From Diadema antillarum (taxonomy: Eukaryota): a stretch of 64,000 nucleotides of DNA. Both the position numbers and the translations under genes were made by a program. The notes beneath the pieces were generated by a model. The model saw only the letters and a list, made by a program, of their open reading frames with translations. It ran no database searches and was not told the DNA's origin. The stretch is from the NCBI RefSeq assembly GCF_040938485.1, contig NW_027271026.1, forward strand, positions 744,001-808,000. The letters run 5' to 3'. Below are positions 63,968-64,000 of this stretch, piece by piece. The number at the start of each line of letters is the position of its first letter. Position 1 is the first letter of the stretch.

Positions 63968-64000
<33 letters not shown>

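Overview
This is AT-rich animal genomic DNA from a draft assembly with eight N-gaps (5383-5544, 13352-13529, 16675-16891, 24019-24273, 34109-34423, 36968-37097, 50579-50726, 56393-56520). The repeat inventory (Academ, TTAA-flanked Kolobok-type MITEs, RTE LINE, TAGGCCTA-rich tracts) suggests a marine invertebrate, probably a sea urchin or other echinoderm; this is an inference. No host gene can be named. Most ORFs in the supplied track are artefacts of microsatellites, N-gaps or GC-rich patches, and only a few low-confidence exon candidates remain on the minus strand. The window reads as a large intron or intergenic region full of mobile-element relics. The best-supported elements are a complete 4.1-kb Academ-type DNA transposon (39642-43769, TAG...CTA ends, ATA target duplication, decayed XPG/FEN1-like transposase), about ten MITEs, a 3' RTE LINE fragment, a tRNA-derived SINE head, and probable tyrosine-recombinase and ISL2EU-like accessory-gene relics. 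The most interesting region is 2.2-5.4 kb. It holds a cluster of minimal hammerhead-ribozyme motifs of the Penelope-like-element type embedded in (TA)n microsatellites, one of them with a compensatory U3-A8 core. Three of them share a fixed-spacing 3' module (A[AT]TAAA, then AGCWACGTC 29-31 nt after the predicted cleavage site), and four copies sit in two fold-back palindromes.
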